Assembly (NCBI GenBank): GCA_964416545.1
Contig: CAYQEN010000003.1
Span: forward strand, 19,166-83,165
From: an uncultured Bacteroides sp.
Lineage (GTDB): Bacteria; Bacteroidota; Bacteroidia; Bacteroidales; Muribaculaceae
DNA: 64,000 nucleotides
Reading direction: 5' to 3'
The notes below the pieces were generated by a model that saw only the letters and a list, made by a program, of their open reading frames with translations, had not been told where the DNA came from and made no database searches. Position 1 is the stretch's first letter. Every line of letters begins with the position of its first letter. Below, piece by piece: positions 9,312 to 19,044 of this stretch. Made by a program: the position numbers and the translations under genes.

Positions 9312-9713
9312 ATGAAAACGTCTGTCCTTTTTGGCACCGCCATTACGGCTTTGGCTCTCTGCTCTTGCAGTCCGCTATCCGACGAAGCGAAAGAGATGGT
9401 AGGCAACTACTACATCGACGAGGTGTCGGTCGAAAAGCCCGTCCTCGAACTGCGCGACGACGGAACTGTCCTGCAACACGCCATCAAGCCGGGCGTCCTC
9501 TCCTACGCCGCTAAAGGCACTTGGAATGTCGAGCGCGACACTCTGTTCATCGAATTCGAGCCGCAAGCCATCGACATCGTAGGCGACCCGACTCTCGTTG
9601 GATCCATTCCTCAACACCTCAACCGCGCTATCATCGATTTCAACGGCATCACGCTGACTCTTCGAAGCGAAGGTGCCGACTACATTTACCATCGCCGGGG
9701 ATCTGTAAAATAA
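9312..9713 (+). CDS. small lipoprotein, unknown function
   Basis: Lipobox signal peptide MKTSVLFGTAITALALCSCS. I recognise no family. Confidence 0.6.
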   Translation: MKTSVLFGTAITALALCSCSPLSDEAKEMVGNYYIDEVSVEKPVLELRDDGTVLQHAIKPGVLSYAAKGTWNVERDTLFIEFEPQAIDIVGDPTLVGSIPQHLNRAIIDFNGITLTLRSEGADYIYHRRGSVK

Positions 9714-9741
9714 CCGGGCGTTTCAAATCCTTTTAAATCCT

Positions 9742-10197
9742 ATGAAACTCTTTAATTTTTTCACCATCGCTATATGCCTGCTTGTGGCTTCTTGCGCTTC
9801 TGCGCCCGACGCCGACTCTTTCCTCCTGCAAGCGGAATCGGCTGTAGCGCGTGGCGACATCGAAACGGCTACGGATGCAGCCGACGAAATTGCCGACGAG
9901 GCTCACATCGACGATCTCTCGGCTAAACAACTCGCTCGACTTTCCATTATCTACATGCAGATTGCCGACTCCGGTGAGCAGGACGAACAAGTTGGATCCG
10001 CTGCCGACTGCTACCGACGCGCTTTTTCCGTAAATGCCGACTCTGCAGCCGATTACTATATTTCCCTCCCCCCCCAAAAAGCTCAGTTCGCTATGGTCTT
10101 GTCTTCCATCGTTGGCAATCATCTCAACCCTGATAATCAAGCACATACCGACACCATTTTTGACGATTACACACCTTCCGACACTATCGCCCTATGA
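9742..10197 (+). CDS. small acidic lipoprotein, unknown function (contains a C8 tract)
   Basis: Lipobox MKLFNFFTIAICLLVASCAS. It is co-directional with its flanks, and its stop overlaps the next start (ATGA). I preferred it over the antisense ORF 9733..10146. Confidence 0.6.
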   Translation: MKLFNFFTIAICLLVASCASAPDADSFLLQAESAVARGDIETATDAADEIADEAHIDDLSAKQLARLSIIYMQIADSGEQDEQVGSAADCYRRAFSVNADSAADYYISLPPQKAQFAMVLSSIVGNHLNPDNQAHTDTIFDDYTPSDTIAL

Positions 10198-10535
10198 ACA
10201 TCGACTGGCACGACAGCCTGAAAGCCTTTGCCGAAGCTAATCCCGACCTCCCGCAAGGCCCCGACTATATCCCCGAAGACGAGCAACCCTCATCGTCTAA
10301 GCAGCCACGACTCGACGTCGGCATTGAGCGCAAAGGGCGCAACGGCAAGACTGCAACCCTCATCATGGGATGGGTTTGCCCCGACTCCGAACTCAAAGAG
10401 ATTGCTGCCCGACTGAAAACAAAGCTCGGCACTGGTGGTTCGGCTCGCGGTGGCGACATTCTCATTCAAGGCGACCGTCGCGACGATGTTGTGCGCCTTC
10501 TTTCCGAGATGGGCTATAAATCGCGAAAAGTCTGA
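10194..10535 (+). CDS. SUI1/eIF1-family translation initiation factor-like protein (YciH-like)
   Basis: The C-terminal SUI1 domain pattern is KGRNGKTATLI...LKTKLGTGGSARGGDILIQGDRRDDVVRLL. Confidence 0.85.
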   Translation: MNIDWHDSLKAFAEANPDLPQGPDYIPEDEQPSSSKQPRLDVGIERKGRNGKTATLIMGWVCPDSELKEIAARLKTKLGTGGSARGGDILIQGDRRDDVVRLLSEMGYKSRKV

Positions 10536-10547
10536 CTATCACACGAT

Positions 10548-13500
10548 ATGCTCTCTATTCTCAAAGCCTCGGCTGGCTCAGGCAAGACCTACTCGCTCAC
10601 ATACGACTACATCCGACTGCTACTCGGCTACAAAGACGACGACGGACGCTATCGGATTAATCTTCGTAAGCGCGACCGCCACCGCCATATCCTCGCCATA
10701 ACTTTCACCAATAAGGCTACTGACGAGATGAAGGAGCGCATCATCCACGAACTCGCTGTGCTCGCCGGCATGGAAACCGGCTGGGAATCAAAAACAAGCC
10801 CCTATCTCGACTCCCTGACTAAGGAATTCGACTGCGACAGCCGACAAGTCAAAATTGCTGCCGGAAAAGCTCTACGTCAACTGCTTTTCGACTTCAACTA
10901 TTTTCACGTCAGCACTATCGACGCCTTCTTTCAGGTCATTCTGCGAACATTCGCTCGTGAAGCCGAACTTGATGGCAACTACGAGCTCGACCTCGACACC
11001 GACCGCGCCATTGGCTACGGTGTCGACGAACTTTTCACCTCTCTATCGCTCGAACCCGATACCATCGAGTCGAAAAACATGGTTAGCTGGATTACTCGCT
11101 ACCTTCTCGAAGAGTTGCGCAACGGTCGTTCTATCAACCTTTTCAATCGTGGCTCTCACGACTACGATAAGTTCATCCAACTCATAGCCAAAGCGTCCGA
11201 TGAGAAATTTGCCGAAAATTTCGACCGGATGATGGAATACCTCTCTACCGACAAAATTGCCGTCTACCGCAAGGGCATTCGACGCGAGTCGGAAAATCTG
11301 CGACGTGAGTGTCGCGAAGCGGCTGTAAGCGCACTCGAAGCTATCGCCGCCCACCCTCTCCCCAAAGGAAAAATCAGTCAATATCTCCTCAAACAGCTTG
11401 CCGACATTTCCGATTCTGGCTTCGACGATGGCCGACGTGTTTCTGTTGCCAATACTGCCGCCGGAGCCGACTTTTTCACTGCCCCGGCGCGACCTTTCTT
11501 TGCCGATGGGGCTATGGCTCCGCTCTACAATGCCGTGACCGGCGCCTGCCGCACCATTGTCGACAATTCAGCAAACATCTCCATCCTCGACCACATAGCA
11601 TCCAATCTCTTCATGCTCGGTCTTTTACGTGGTGTCTACACCCGCGTCGAGCAGTTCCGTAGCGAAAATAACACCCTACTCCTATCCGACACCAACTCCC
11701 TTCTCAACAAAATAATCAAAGGTGCTGAAACTCCGTTCATTTACGAGCGTGTAGGTGTTGATTTTCGCCACTTCCTCATCGACGAGTTTCAAGACACTTC
11801 GCGTCTTCAGTGGGACAATCTCCAACCGCTTCTCAACGAAAGTCAGGCAAACGGATTCGACAATCTCATCATCGGTGATGAAAAACAATGCATCTACCGC
11901 TTCCGCTCTTCCGACCCTTCTTTATTGCAATACAAAGTAAAAGAGGAGGTTATCAACGATGTTCGCGTGCGAGGCACTGCAAAGGGCGAAAATACCAACT
12001 GGCGTAGCTCGGCCGATGTGGTGCAGTTCAACAACTCTCTGTTTCACACTATGGCAGGCACCTACGGATTCTCCGACATCTATGCCAACGTGCGCCAGAA
12101 CGTAGCTGAAAGCAATCTCGACCATCACGGCTACGTGTCTATGCGACGTTTCTCCGATAGTGCCACATACTCCGACGAGGCTCTTGAGCACATGGCTTCG
12201 GAAATCAAGCGGCAACTTGCGTCCGGCTACGATCCGTGCCACATTGCCGTCCTCACACGTGTCCGTGCCGATGCTGTTAAAGTCATTGATTACCTGCTCG
12301 ATATTTTCGCAAACGACCCGGAGTTGTCCGACCGCAAAATACGCATTATTTCCGACGATTCTCTATCTGTCGACTCTTCCCCGTCCGTCAAGCGTGTCAT
12401 CAGCATACTGCGCTCCATCGGTGTCACAAAGCGCGACGACGAAGAGCAGACCGACATTCGCAATCGCTCTCGGCGCGAGTTGGAAAATATGGTCGGATGG
12501 TACGAGTTCAACATCGGACGCGGACAAGCCCCCTCTACGGCTCTCACGAATGCTGTCGATGAATGTTGCCGACGCTTGGAACTCGACGCGCAACTACGAT
12601 CCATGCAGTGCGAAAATCTGCCGGCTCTGATTGAGCGCATCGTTCATTTCTACTTCCCCGGCCATCATATTCCAAACGGCGAAGAGGTCTACATGCTGGC
12701 ATTTGAAGATGCCGTAGCCGATTTCTGCACCACCTCACAGACCACCGATGTGCAGTCGTTCCTTCGTTGGTGGGACACCGTAGGATGTCGCACACGCCTC
12801 TCTGCAGCGGCCGACCGCAATGCTCTTCGCGTCATGACCATCCACAAGTCAAAAGGTCTGGAATTTAAGTGTGTCCACATTCCATTTGTCGACTGGCCGG
12901 TGGTTAAGTTCCGTGATAGCGAATGGTTCACTCCACAGCCTGTGCGTGGAGTCCCCGATTCCGTCATTCCGCCGCTCATCCTCGCTTGTCCAATGTCGGC
13001 AATGCGCCATACCCTCTACGCCTCAGAATACGAAAAGCGCCACCGCGAGCAGATGCTCGACGAGCTCAATGTCCTTTATGTTGCCTTTACGCGAGCCATC
13101 GACGAACTGATTGTATCCTACTACGCTCCCGAAAAAGAAAAGAAGGCGAAGTCTGCACCTGTCGACGAAAATCCGGCTCTTTCCACGCCCTCTGCCGGCG
13201 AAATGGTTTCCACCACCCTTCTCCAACTTGGGCGCACCGACTTTCTCGAATCGTGGGGCGAGCCTACTTCGGCTAAAGCCGACAAACAGAAGCCACGCAA
13301 AGCTCTCGAACCCACTCAATCCATCGCAATGCCGGTATACAGCGTCGATCTGCGCGACAATCTGCTCGATTACACCGGCATCGATACCGACACCACCGAT
13401 TCGGGCAGACAGCGTGGCAACATAATGCACGATATTCTCGCCAATACCCACACCGCCGGCGACCTCCACCGTGCCGTTGGCTATGTCGTGCGTCGAGGTG

Positions 13501-13850
13501 CACTCCCCACTTCTCAGCGCGATGACACTAAGCGCATTCTTTCTGAAGCACTTGCGTCTGTTGAAAGCTACGGATGGTTCTCAGGGTTCAAAAAGGCCTA
13601 CCGAGAGCGCGCCATTCAGCTGGCGCCGGGCAAGACCGTACGACCCGACCGTGTGGTTTGGACGGCCGACGGTCATATCGACATCATCGACTTCAAGTTC
13701 GGCCACGAACACCCTCGCGACTACAACCGCCAATTGCGCACCTACATCGATGCCTACGCCGCTGTTGGTTATAAGGGGGTACGCGGATTCATTTGGTATG
13801 TCGATTTGCGCAAAGTTGTCCCATATACGCCCCCCACGCTCCCTATTTAA
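10548..13850 (+). CDS. UvrD/Rep-family helicase fused to a C-terminal PD-(D/E)XK nuclease (AddA/RecB-like)
   Basis: Walker A ASAGSGKTY, LIDEFQDTS, helicase motif VMTIHKSKGLEF, YVAFTRA, and the C-terminal nuclease motif RPDRVVW...IDIIDFKFG. Confidence 0.8.
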   Translation: MLSILKASAGSGKTYSLTYDYIRLLLGYKDDDGRYRINLRKRDRHRHILAITFTNKATDEMKERIIHELAVLAGMETGWESKTSPYLDSLTKEFDCDSRQVKIAAGKALRQLLFDFNYFHVSTIDAFFQVILRTFAREAELDGNYELDLDTDRAIGYGVDELFTSLSLEPDTIESKNMVSWITRYLLEELRNGRSINLFNRGSHDYDKFIQLIAKASDEKFAENFDRMMEYLSTDKIAVYRKGIRRESENLRRECREAAVSALEAIAAHPLPKGKISQYLLKQLADISDSGFDDGRRVSVANTAAGADFFTAPARPFFADGAMAPLYNAVTGACRTIVDNSANISILDHIASNLFMLGLLRGVYTRVEQFRSENNTLLLSDTNSLLNKIIKGAETPFIYERVGVDFRHFLIDEFQDTSRLQWDNLQPLLNESQANGFDNLIIGDEKQCIYRFRSSDPSLLQYKVKEEVINDVRVRGTAKGENTNWRSSADVVQFNNSLFHTMAGTYGFSDIYANVRQNVAESNLDHHGYVSMRRFSDSATYSDEALEHMASEIKRQLASGYDPCHIAVLTRVRADAVKVIDYLLDIFANDPELSDRKIRIISDDSLSVDSSPSVKRVISILRSIGVTKRDDEEQTDIRNRSRRELENMVGWYEFNIGRGQAPSTALTNAVDECCRRLELDAQLRSMQCENLPALIERIVHFYFPGHHIPNGEEVYMLAFEDAVADFCTTSQTTDVQSFLRWWDTVGCRTRLSAAADRNALRVMTIHKSKGLEFKCVHIPFVDWPVVKFRDSEWFTPQPVRGVPDSVIPPLILACPMSAMRHTLYASEYEKRHREQMLDELNVLYVAFTRAIDELIVSYYAPEKEKKAKSAPVDENPALSTPSAGEMVSTTLLQLGRTDFLESWGEPTSAKADKQKPRKALEPTQSIAMPVYSVDLRDNLLDYTGIDTDTTDSGRQRGNIMHDILANTHTAGDLHRAVGYVVRRGALPTSQRDDTKRILSEALASVESYGWFSGFKKAYRERAIQLAPGKTVRPDRVVWTADGHIDIIDFKFGHEHPRDYNRQLRTYIDAYAAVGYKGVRGFIWYVDLRKVVPYTPPTLPI

Positions 13851-14765
13851 TCACGCTTTTACGCTCTTATTTCGAGGATGGTGCGCCAATATTTCGCGGC
13901 GCAGATGGCTTCGGTCTATATGAATATATATTTCGGTGGTTGCGATGCTCTCATGGCCGAGCATCTGCTGTATGGCGCGCAGATTCGCTCCTCCTTCAAG
14001 CAAATGAGTGGCAAATGAATGGCGAAACGTATGCGGCGAAATGCTCTTTCTCACCCCCGCCTCGGCTGCGAGCTTCTTGACTATATAAAATATCATCACG
14101 CGGGTCAGATGCGTCCCACGGCGGCTTAAAAACAGAAAATCACGGTCTGTCGACTTGATGTTTAACGTCGACCGCTCAGGCAGATACTCTCTGATAGCTT
14201 CTATCGCTGCAGGCGACATCGGCACCACTCTCTCCTTATCTCCCTTGCCGGTCACCACAAGATACTCCTCATCCATAAATATCTTACTGAGGCGCAGCTC
14301 TATAAGCTCCGACACGCGAAGTCCGCATCCATAGAGTGTCTCCATTATCGCCCTATTGCGCACTGCCTCGGCCGAATCGGGGTCGATAGCGGCTATCATT
14401 GCATCTATCTCTTCCACGGTGAGCACCTCGGGCAACTTCCGCGCCAGTCGCGGGCCTTCTAACAGCAGGGTTGGATTCACTTCCACATGACCCTCTATCG
14501 TCAGAAACTTGAAAAATGACTTTATCCCCGATATGATTCGCGCCTGTGAGCGCACCGACACTCCGAGGTCATGCAGTGCGGCTGCAAACTCATGCAATTT
14601 CGGTAAATCCACCGCACGCAAATCCACCTCTCCACCCTCCGGTGCTAAAAAGCGGAGCAGTTTCGACACATCCTCCGAATACGACACTCGTGTATTGTCC
14701 GACAACCCCTTTTCGAGTTGCAGATACGCCACATAAGCGTCCACTATCTCATCTATCTGAGGCAT
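13851..14765 (-). CDS. xerD: site-specific tyrosine recombinase XerD
   Basis: N-terminal SAM-like domain (YLQLEKGLSDNTRVSYSEDV). The catalytic region has RNRAIMETLYGCGLRVSEL, HTFRHSFATHLLEGGANLRAIQQMLGH and the TTEIY tyrosine. Confidence 0.85.
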   Translation of the reverse strand: MPQIDEIVDAYVAYLQLEKGLSDNTRVSYSEDVSKLLRFLAPEGGEVDLRAVDLPKLHEFAAALHDLGVSVRSQARIISGIKSFFKFLTIEGHVEVNPTLLLEGPRLARKLPEVLTVEEIDAMIAAIDPDSAEAVRNRAIMETLYGCGLRVSELIELRLSKIFMDEEYLVVTGKGDKERVVPMSPAAIEAIREYLPERSTLNIKSTDRDFLFLSRRGTHLTRVMIFYIVKKLAAEAGVRKSISPHTFRHSFATHLLEGGANLRAIQQMLGHESIATTEIYIHIDRSHLRREILAHHPRNKSVKA

Positions 14766-15241
14766 ACTTCAAAGTGCTGACGTGGCAGTCGCTTATCGCC
14801 TACTATTATGGCTGTCGAGCCATCGGCAAAGCTCATTCCGGCTCCGTCGAGAGCTTCGAGCAGATCTCGCGCCTCCCCCCTCTTCCGTTTTAAGCCTATC
14901 AGCACCACCACGCCTTCGCGATCAAGACACTCGCGGCAAATCTCTGACGAGATGTCGCTATCTGCCACAATCAGCTCAGCATCAGCAACTCCGCGACCCA
15001 CCACCATTCCACTGCGCACCAACGACAATGCTCTGCCTACATCGGGCAGCAGCGACGTTTCCACCGCTATCCTGCGACAGTCAAATCGCTGTGCCACGCG
15101 AAATATCAGTCGCATCAGCTTCCTATCGCCCGACATACGGTCTATTTCGTCATACGCATAATAGGCATGACGACACTTCACCACTCCGCGCAAAAATCTG
15201 AACGCAAAGGGCGAGTGGACACCGAATCCCGATGTCCGCAT
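14753..15241 (-). CDS. conserved hypothetical protein, possibly a degenerate class I methyltransferase-like fold
   Basis: The GVHSPFAFRFL N-terminal motif resembles Bacteroidota methyltransferase-like proteins from memory. I chose the ATG at 15241 because the longer ORF (to 15304) would overlap yfhO by 41 nt. Confidence 0.45.
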   Translation of the reverse strand: MRTSGFGVHSPFAFRFLRGVVKCRHAYYAYDEIDRMSGDRKLMRLIFRVAQRFDCRRIAVETSLLPDVGRALSLVRSGMVVGRGVADAELIVADSDISSEICRECLDREGVVVLIGLKRKRGEARDLLEALDGAGMSFADGSTAIIVGDKRLPRQHFEVCLR

Positions 15242-15263
15242 CCTCCGGCGCAGTGCCAGCAAT

Positions 15264-17867
15264 TTATTCTTTCGCTTCAGCGTTGCGCTTAGCGTTGGGC
15301 TCATTTTCTATAGTTTTACGCTTCCGCGCCACATTCAGCACCACCGCACCGGCGAGAAGCAAATAAATCACAATTATCGATGTATACGCCACGCCGGTCG
15401 TTGCGCGAAGCGAATCAGGGTCAAAGGCCATCTCTACCGTATGCTTGCCGGCAGGCAGATTTATAGCACGGAGTATATAGTTTACTCGGCCGATTTCTAC
15501 AGGCGCGCCATCCACGGTTGCTTTCCAACCCCACGGGAAGTAGACTTCTGAGAATACCGCCACTCCGCCACGTGCCGACTCTGACGAATAAGTCAGACGG
15601 TCAGGAGCATACGAAGTCAGGCGGATTGTGTCGCCGGGGGTTACCGACTGCGATGTTCCGAGCGCGGCGCGGAATTTCTCATCTGCCACAGCCGCACGCA
15701 TCGGGTCGAGCGTATCGAGAGCTGCCATTTCGGCATCTGCTCCATTCACATAGTCCACGCGGTCCACAAACCACGCATTTCCCATCGCCTCCGGATTGAG
15801 CATCGGCTGCCCGGTCATATCCACGATATAACGTGCATTGAGCATATTCAGCACATTCCAGTCGGCATCTCCCTGTGTTCCTTCGAGGAACGGATTCAGA
15901 TGGCGATCGATTATATCTTGATACCTTGCAAGTTTTGCTGCGTGATAGCCTCCGATGGTTTTATGATGATACGACGGCGCCGCACTCCAGAATCGAGGAA
16001 TATCCATCACGCGATAGTTCGAGGTCGTATCAGCCAAGATAAAGCGATCCGAATCCGACAGCGGAAACATTTCGCCCTGCACAAGCTGCTTTGGCAGGAA
16101 GCTGTCGGTATTGAGATAACGCTTATTGACCATGAAGAGGTCGCAACACACCACAACACCCACGCCCACAACGGATAAGCAGAGCGACAGCTTGCCGAAG
16201 AAATAGAGCAGCAACACTCCTAAACCCGCACCGACAAACAAGAAACTGCGCATAGCGTCAGCCTCAATCATCGAATTGCGCAATGCCTCCACTGCGCCAT
16301 AAATACGCGGATTATTCAAACTGAAATACTGTATCGTCTGGCTGTCGACTCCCTGTGCCGACAAACTCTGTGTTATCATGGCTGCCACCTGACGGTCGCG
16401 GTCTACCACAACATCGCCATAAATGCTCGGTGCCACGATACCAAGCAGACAGAATGCCATCACCACACCGAAGCTCCACAAAATTGGCTTGCGGTAACGC
16501 TTCCACGCCTCCGCACCGCTCTCGCATCCGAATATCTGCTGAAGAGCCATCGCCGCAAGCAGAGGCATCGTAAACTCGGCAATCACGAGAATGCTCTCAA
16601 CAGTGCGGAATTTGCTATACATCGGCATATAGTCGATCATAAAGTCCGTCAACGACATAAAATGGCGTCCGAACGCCAACAATATCGAAAATACCGTCAG
16701 CACTATCAGTGCCCACTTCAGCGGGCCGCGCACTATCACACACCCAAGCACGAAGAGCGCCACTATCAGCGCACCCACATACACCGGGCCATTCGTACCC
16801 TCGGGATCGCCGAAATATTGACTCATATAGTCGAGATAGGCGGCCTCCTGACTCGATATCGCGCCGGAGTTCACCATATCCTTTGCCGCATCAAGACTGG
16901 AGAGCGACATAATTTTCTGCTCACCCTTTTCCGGCTTATTCGATGCGCCACCCTTCACGTTAGGTATCAGTAGCGTAAACGTCTCCGATGGAGCATAGCT
17001 ATACTGGGTTATATAGTCGCGGTCGAGACCGGCACTCGCCTTCTCGCCTCCTGCATTTGCTCGCGTAAGCTCCGAATGGCCGCCACGCATCGACTCCTTG
17101 GAATACTCATACGTATAATACAAATTCGGCAGATTCGCTCCGACGGCAAGCACTGCTGCTGCCGCAAGCGTTGCCGTTCCGACAAGCCAGCTTCGCATCC
17201 TGCCGCTACGGGCGGCACTCACCAAATATGCCACAACCACTCCGACTATGACAAACATGAAATAATACGTCATCTGCACATGATTGCTGGCTATTTGCAT
17301 CATTGCAAACAACGCCGCCACAGCTCCGCCAAGCAGATAGCGACCGCGATAGCAGAGCACTATGCCCGCTATCGTCGGCGGCACATAAGCCAATGTGATA
17401 AACTTCCACAGATGGCCGGCTCCGATTATGATTACGAAATACGATGAAAATCCGTAGGCTATCGCCCCTATGAGCGACACATACCACTTCATTTTCATCG
17501 ACATCAGCAAGATGAAAAATCCAAGCATCATCATCATTAGCAGATTAGCCGGCTCTGGAAGACCCAGACCCATCACCGAATTTATCCACCCGAAAAGCGA
17601 ATTGGATGGATAGCTTGGCGATATCTGAAACGTCGGCATGCCCGAAAATAGAGCTCCCGTCCAGCGCGACTGTACGCCCGTTGCCTCAGCATACGCCTTT
17701 GCCTCCTGACCGATGGCGGCTCCTTGCTGCATATCATGCTGTCGCAACACATTCCCCTGAACATCGTCAGGATAAAAATACGCCACAGCCACTACAGCCA
17801 TTACCACTATTGATATCAACACGCCCCAAAAACGGCGGTCTTGAAACATTTGCTTGATTTTTTCCAT
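15264..17867 (-). CDS. yfhO: YfhO-family polytopic membrane protein (GT-C-like glycosyltransferase)
   Basis: About 870 aa with many TM helices. The N-terminus MEKIKQMFQDRRFWGVLISIVV...FYPDDVQGNVLRQHDMQQG is typical of the family, and there is a large C-terminal extracytoplasmic domain plus a final TM helix. Confidence 0.8.
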   Translation of the reverse strand: MEKIKQMFQDRRFWGVLISIVVMAVVAVAYFYPDDVQGNVLRQHDMQQGAAIGQEAKAYAEATGVQSRWTGALFSGMPTFQISPSYPSNSLFGWINSVMGLGLPEPANLLMMMMLGFFILLMSMKMKWYVSLIGAIAYGFSSYFVIIIGAGHLWKFITLAYVPPTIAGIVLCYRGRYLLGGAVAALFAMMQIASNHVQMTYYFMFVIVGVVVAYLVSAARSGRMRSWLVGTATLAAAAVLAVGANLPNLYYTYEYSKESMRGGHSELTRANAGGEKASAGLDRDYITQYSYAPSETFTLLIPNVKGGASNKPEKGEQKIMSLSSLDAAKDMVNSGAISSQEAAYLDYMSQYFGDPEGTNGPVYVGALIVALFVLGCVIVRGPLKWALIVLTVFSILLAFGRHFMSLTDFMIDYMPMYSKFRTVESILVIAEFTMPLLAAMALQQIFGCESGAEAWKRYRKPILWSFGVVMAFCLLGIVAPSIYGDVVVDRDRQVAAMITQSLSAQGVDSQTIQYFSLNNPRIYGAVEALRNSMIEADAMRSFLFVGAGLGVLLLYFFGKLSLCLSVVGVGVVVCCDLFMVNKRYLNTDSFLPKQLVQGEMFPLSDSDRFILADTTSNYRVMDIPRFWSAAPSYHHKTIGGYHAAKLARYQDIIDRHLNPFLEGTQGDADWNVLNMLNARYIVDMTGQPMLNPEAMGNAWFVDRVDYVNGADAEMAALDTLDPMRAAVADEKFRAALGTSQSVTPGDTIRLTSYAPDRLTYSSESARGGVAVFSEVYFPWGWKATVDGAPVEIGRVNYILRAINLPAGKHTVEMAFDPDSLRATTGVAYTSIIVIYLLLAGAVVLNVARKRKTIENEPNAKRNAEAKE

Positions 17868-17966
17868 TGAAAACAAATTTGATGTAAAGCTACAAAATAA
17901 CTCTTCTGCCACCAACTCCACTCCTCGAAATAAGCCATTTTTTATAGCTCTAACCACTTTTTTCTT

Positions 17967-17974
17967 TAATTTTG
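17967..17974 (+). promoter_or_regulatory. candidate -7 box (TAATTTTG) for the galactofuranosyltransferase-glf operon
   Basis: A perfect TAnnTTTG lies 45 nt upstream of the ATG at 18019. Confidence 0.45.
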
Positions 17975-18018
17975 CAACTGGCAGTTACCACATTTCTATA
18001 ATTTTACATTATTAAGCC

Positions 18019-19044
18019 ATGAATTATTTCATAAAAATTCATTCGCCCAACAAAGCAAAAAACGACATCGACGATATCGTTACCTCATTGGGCTACTCCA
18101 ATCTAAATCCGTGGTTCAATCGTCCACGCGCCACCGACCGTTTTTTGGCCAAAATCTGTAGCACTGTTCATATTTTGGCTCGACTGCAACGTGGTGACAT
18201 CCTTTTTCTACAATACCCTCTCAAAAAGTTCTTCAATATCATCTGCCATGCAGCTCATTTGAAAGGAGCAAAAGTCATAACCGTCATTCACGACCTAAGC
18301 TCGTTCCACAGCAACCGTTGCTCTCCTCATGAAGAAGCCAACCGTCTATCCGACTCCGACGCCATAATTGTCCACAACCCCCGAATGATGGAAACGCTTC
18401 GCCAATACGGCTGCACATCCCGGCTCACAAGCCTCAATATATTCGATTATTTATCAGGTAATTACCCCCCCCGAAAATCACATCCATCCCACATTCCTCG
18501 CTCTGTAGTATATGCTGGAGCTCTTGGTCGACGAAAGAATGAATTTCTCTACAAAATCGACCCACATATTCAAAATTGGAAACTCGACATCTACGGCAAC
18601 GGTTTTGAACCGGAATACGCCAAACTATGTAAACACATATCCTATCACGGCTTCATTGATTCCGAACAATTCGTCAGTGAAATTGACGCCGACTTCGGAC
18701 TGGTTTGGGACGGAGACTCTATCTCCGAATGCAGCGGTCGCGCAGGCTCTTATCTAAAGATCAACAACCCACACAAAACGTCATTCTATCTCCGTAGCCA
18801 CCTCCCCGTCATCGTTTGGAGCCAATCGGCTATGGCTCAGTTCATCACCGACAACAATCTCGGCATCGCTATTAATTCATTGACGGAATTAAACGAAAAA
18901 CTTACTGCCATTTCAGATGAGCAGTATCAGCAAATGAAAGCCAACGTCGCCAAAATCAGCATGCTTCTCGGCGACGGTCATTACATCAAACGAGCCATTT
19001 CGGCTGCCATCAATACCATTTCCGACCATGAACAACAAATCTAA
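18019..19044 (+). CDS. putative galactofuranosyltransferase (WbbI-like sugar transferase)
   Basis: The size and the C-terminal pattern YGNG...GLVWDG...GSYLKINNPHKTSFYL...PVIVW recall the WbbI/UCP007023 family. It overlaps glf by 17 nt. The family call is from memory. Confidence 0.5.
   Translation: MNYFIKIHSPNKAKNDIDDIVTSLGYSNLNPWFNRPRATDRFLAKICSTVHILARLQRGDILFLQYPLKKFFNIICHAAHLKGAKVITVIHDLSSFHSNRCSPHEEANRLSDSDAIIVHNPRMMETLRQYGCTSRLTSLNIFDYLSGNYPPRKSHPSHIPRSVVYAGALGRRKNEFLYKIDPHIQNWKLDIYGNGFEPEYAKLCKHISYHGFIDSEQFVSEIDADFGLVWDGDSISECSGRAGSYLKINNPHKTSFYLRSHLPVIVWSQSAMAQFITDNNLGIAINSLTELNEKLTAISDEQYQQMKANVAKISMLLGDGHYIKRAISAAINTISDHEQQI

Noticed and set aside
10548-13850. The UvrD-like helicase plus nuclease as a defence gene (Gabija-, Hachiman- or AbiE-type helicase).
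   Set aside because: The single-polypeptide helicase plus C-terminal PD-(D/E)XK arrangement and the length of about 1100 aa fit the housekeeping AddA/RecB-like repair enzyme of Bacteroidota. No partner defence gene is adjacent. The AddB-like partner is simply not in this window.
13851-14765. The tyrosine recombinase as a marker of an integrated mobile element or an invertible-promoter (shufflon) system.
   Set aside because: It has the full-length XerD-type architecture. There are no flanking direct or inverted repeats, no cargo, no tRNA-adjacent att-like duplication, and housekeeping genes lie on both sides. I found no convincing dif-like site either; the ATTATGTATAT at about 7196-7206 lies inside the GH25 CDS and matches only the dif centre.
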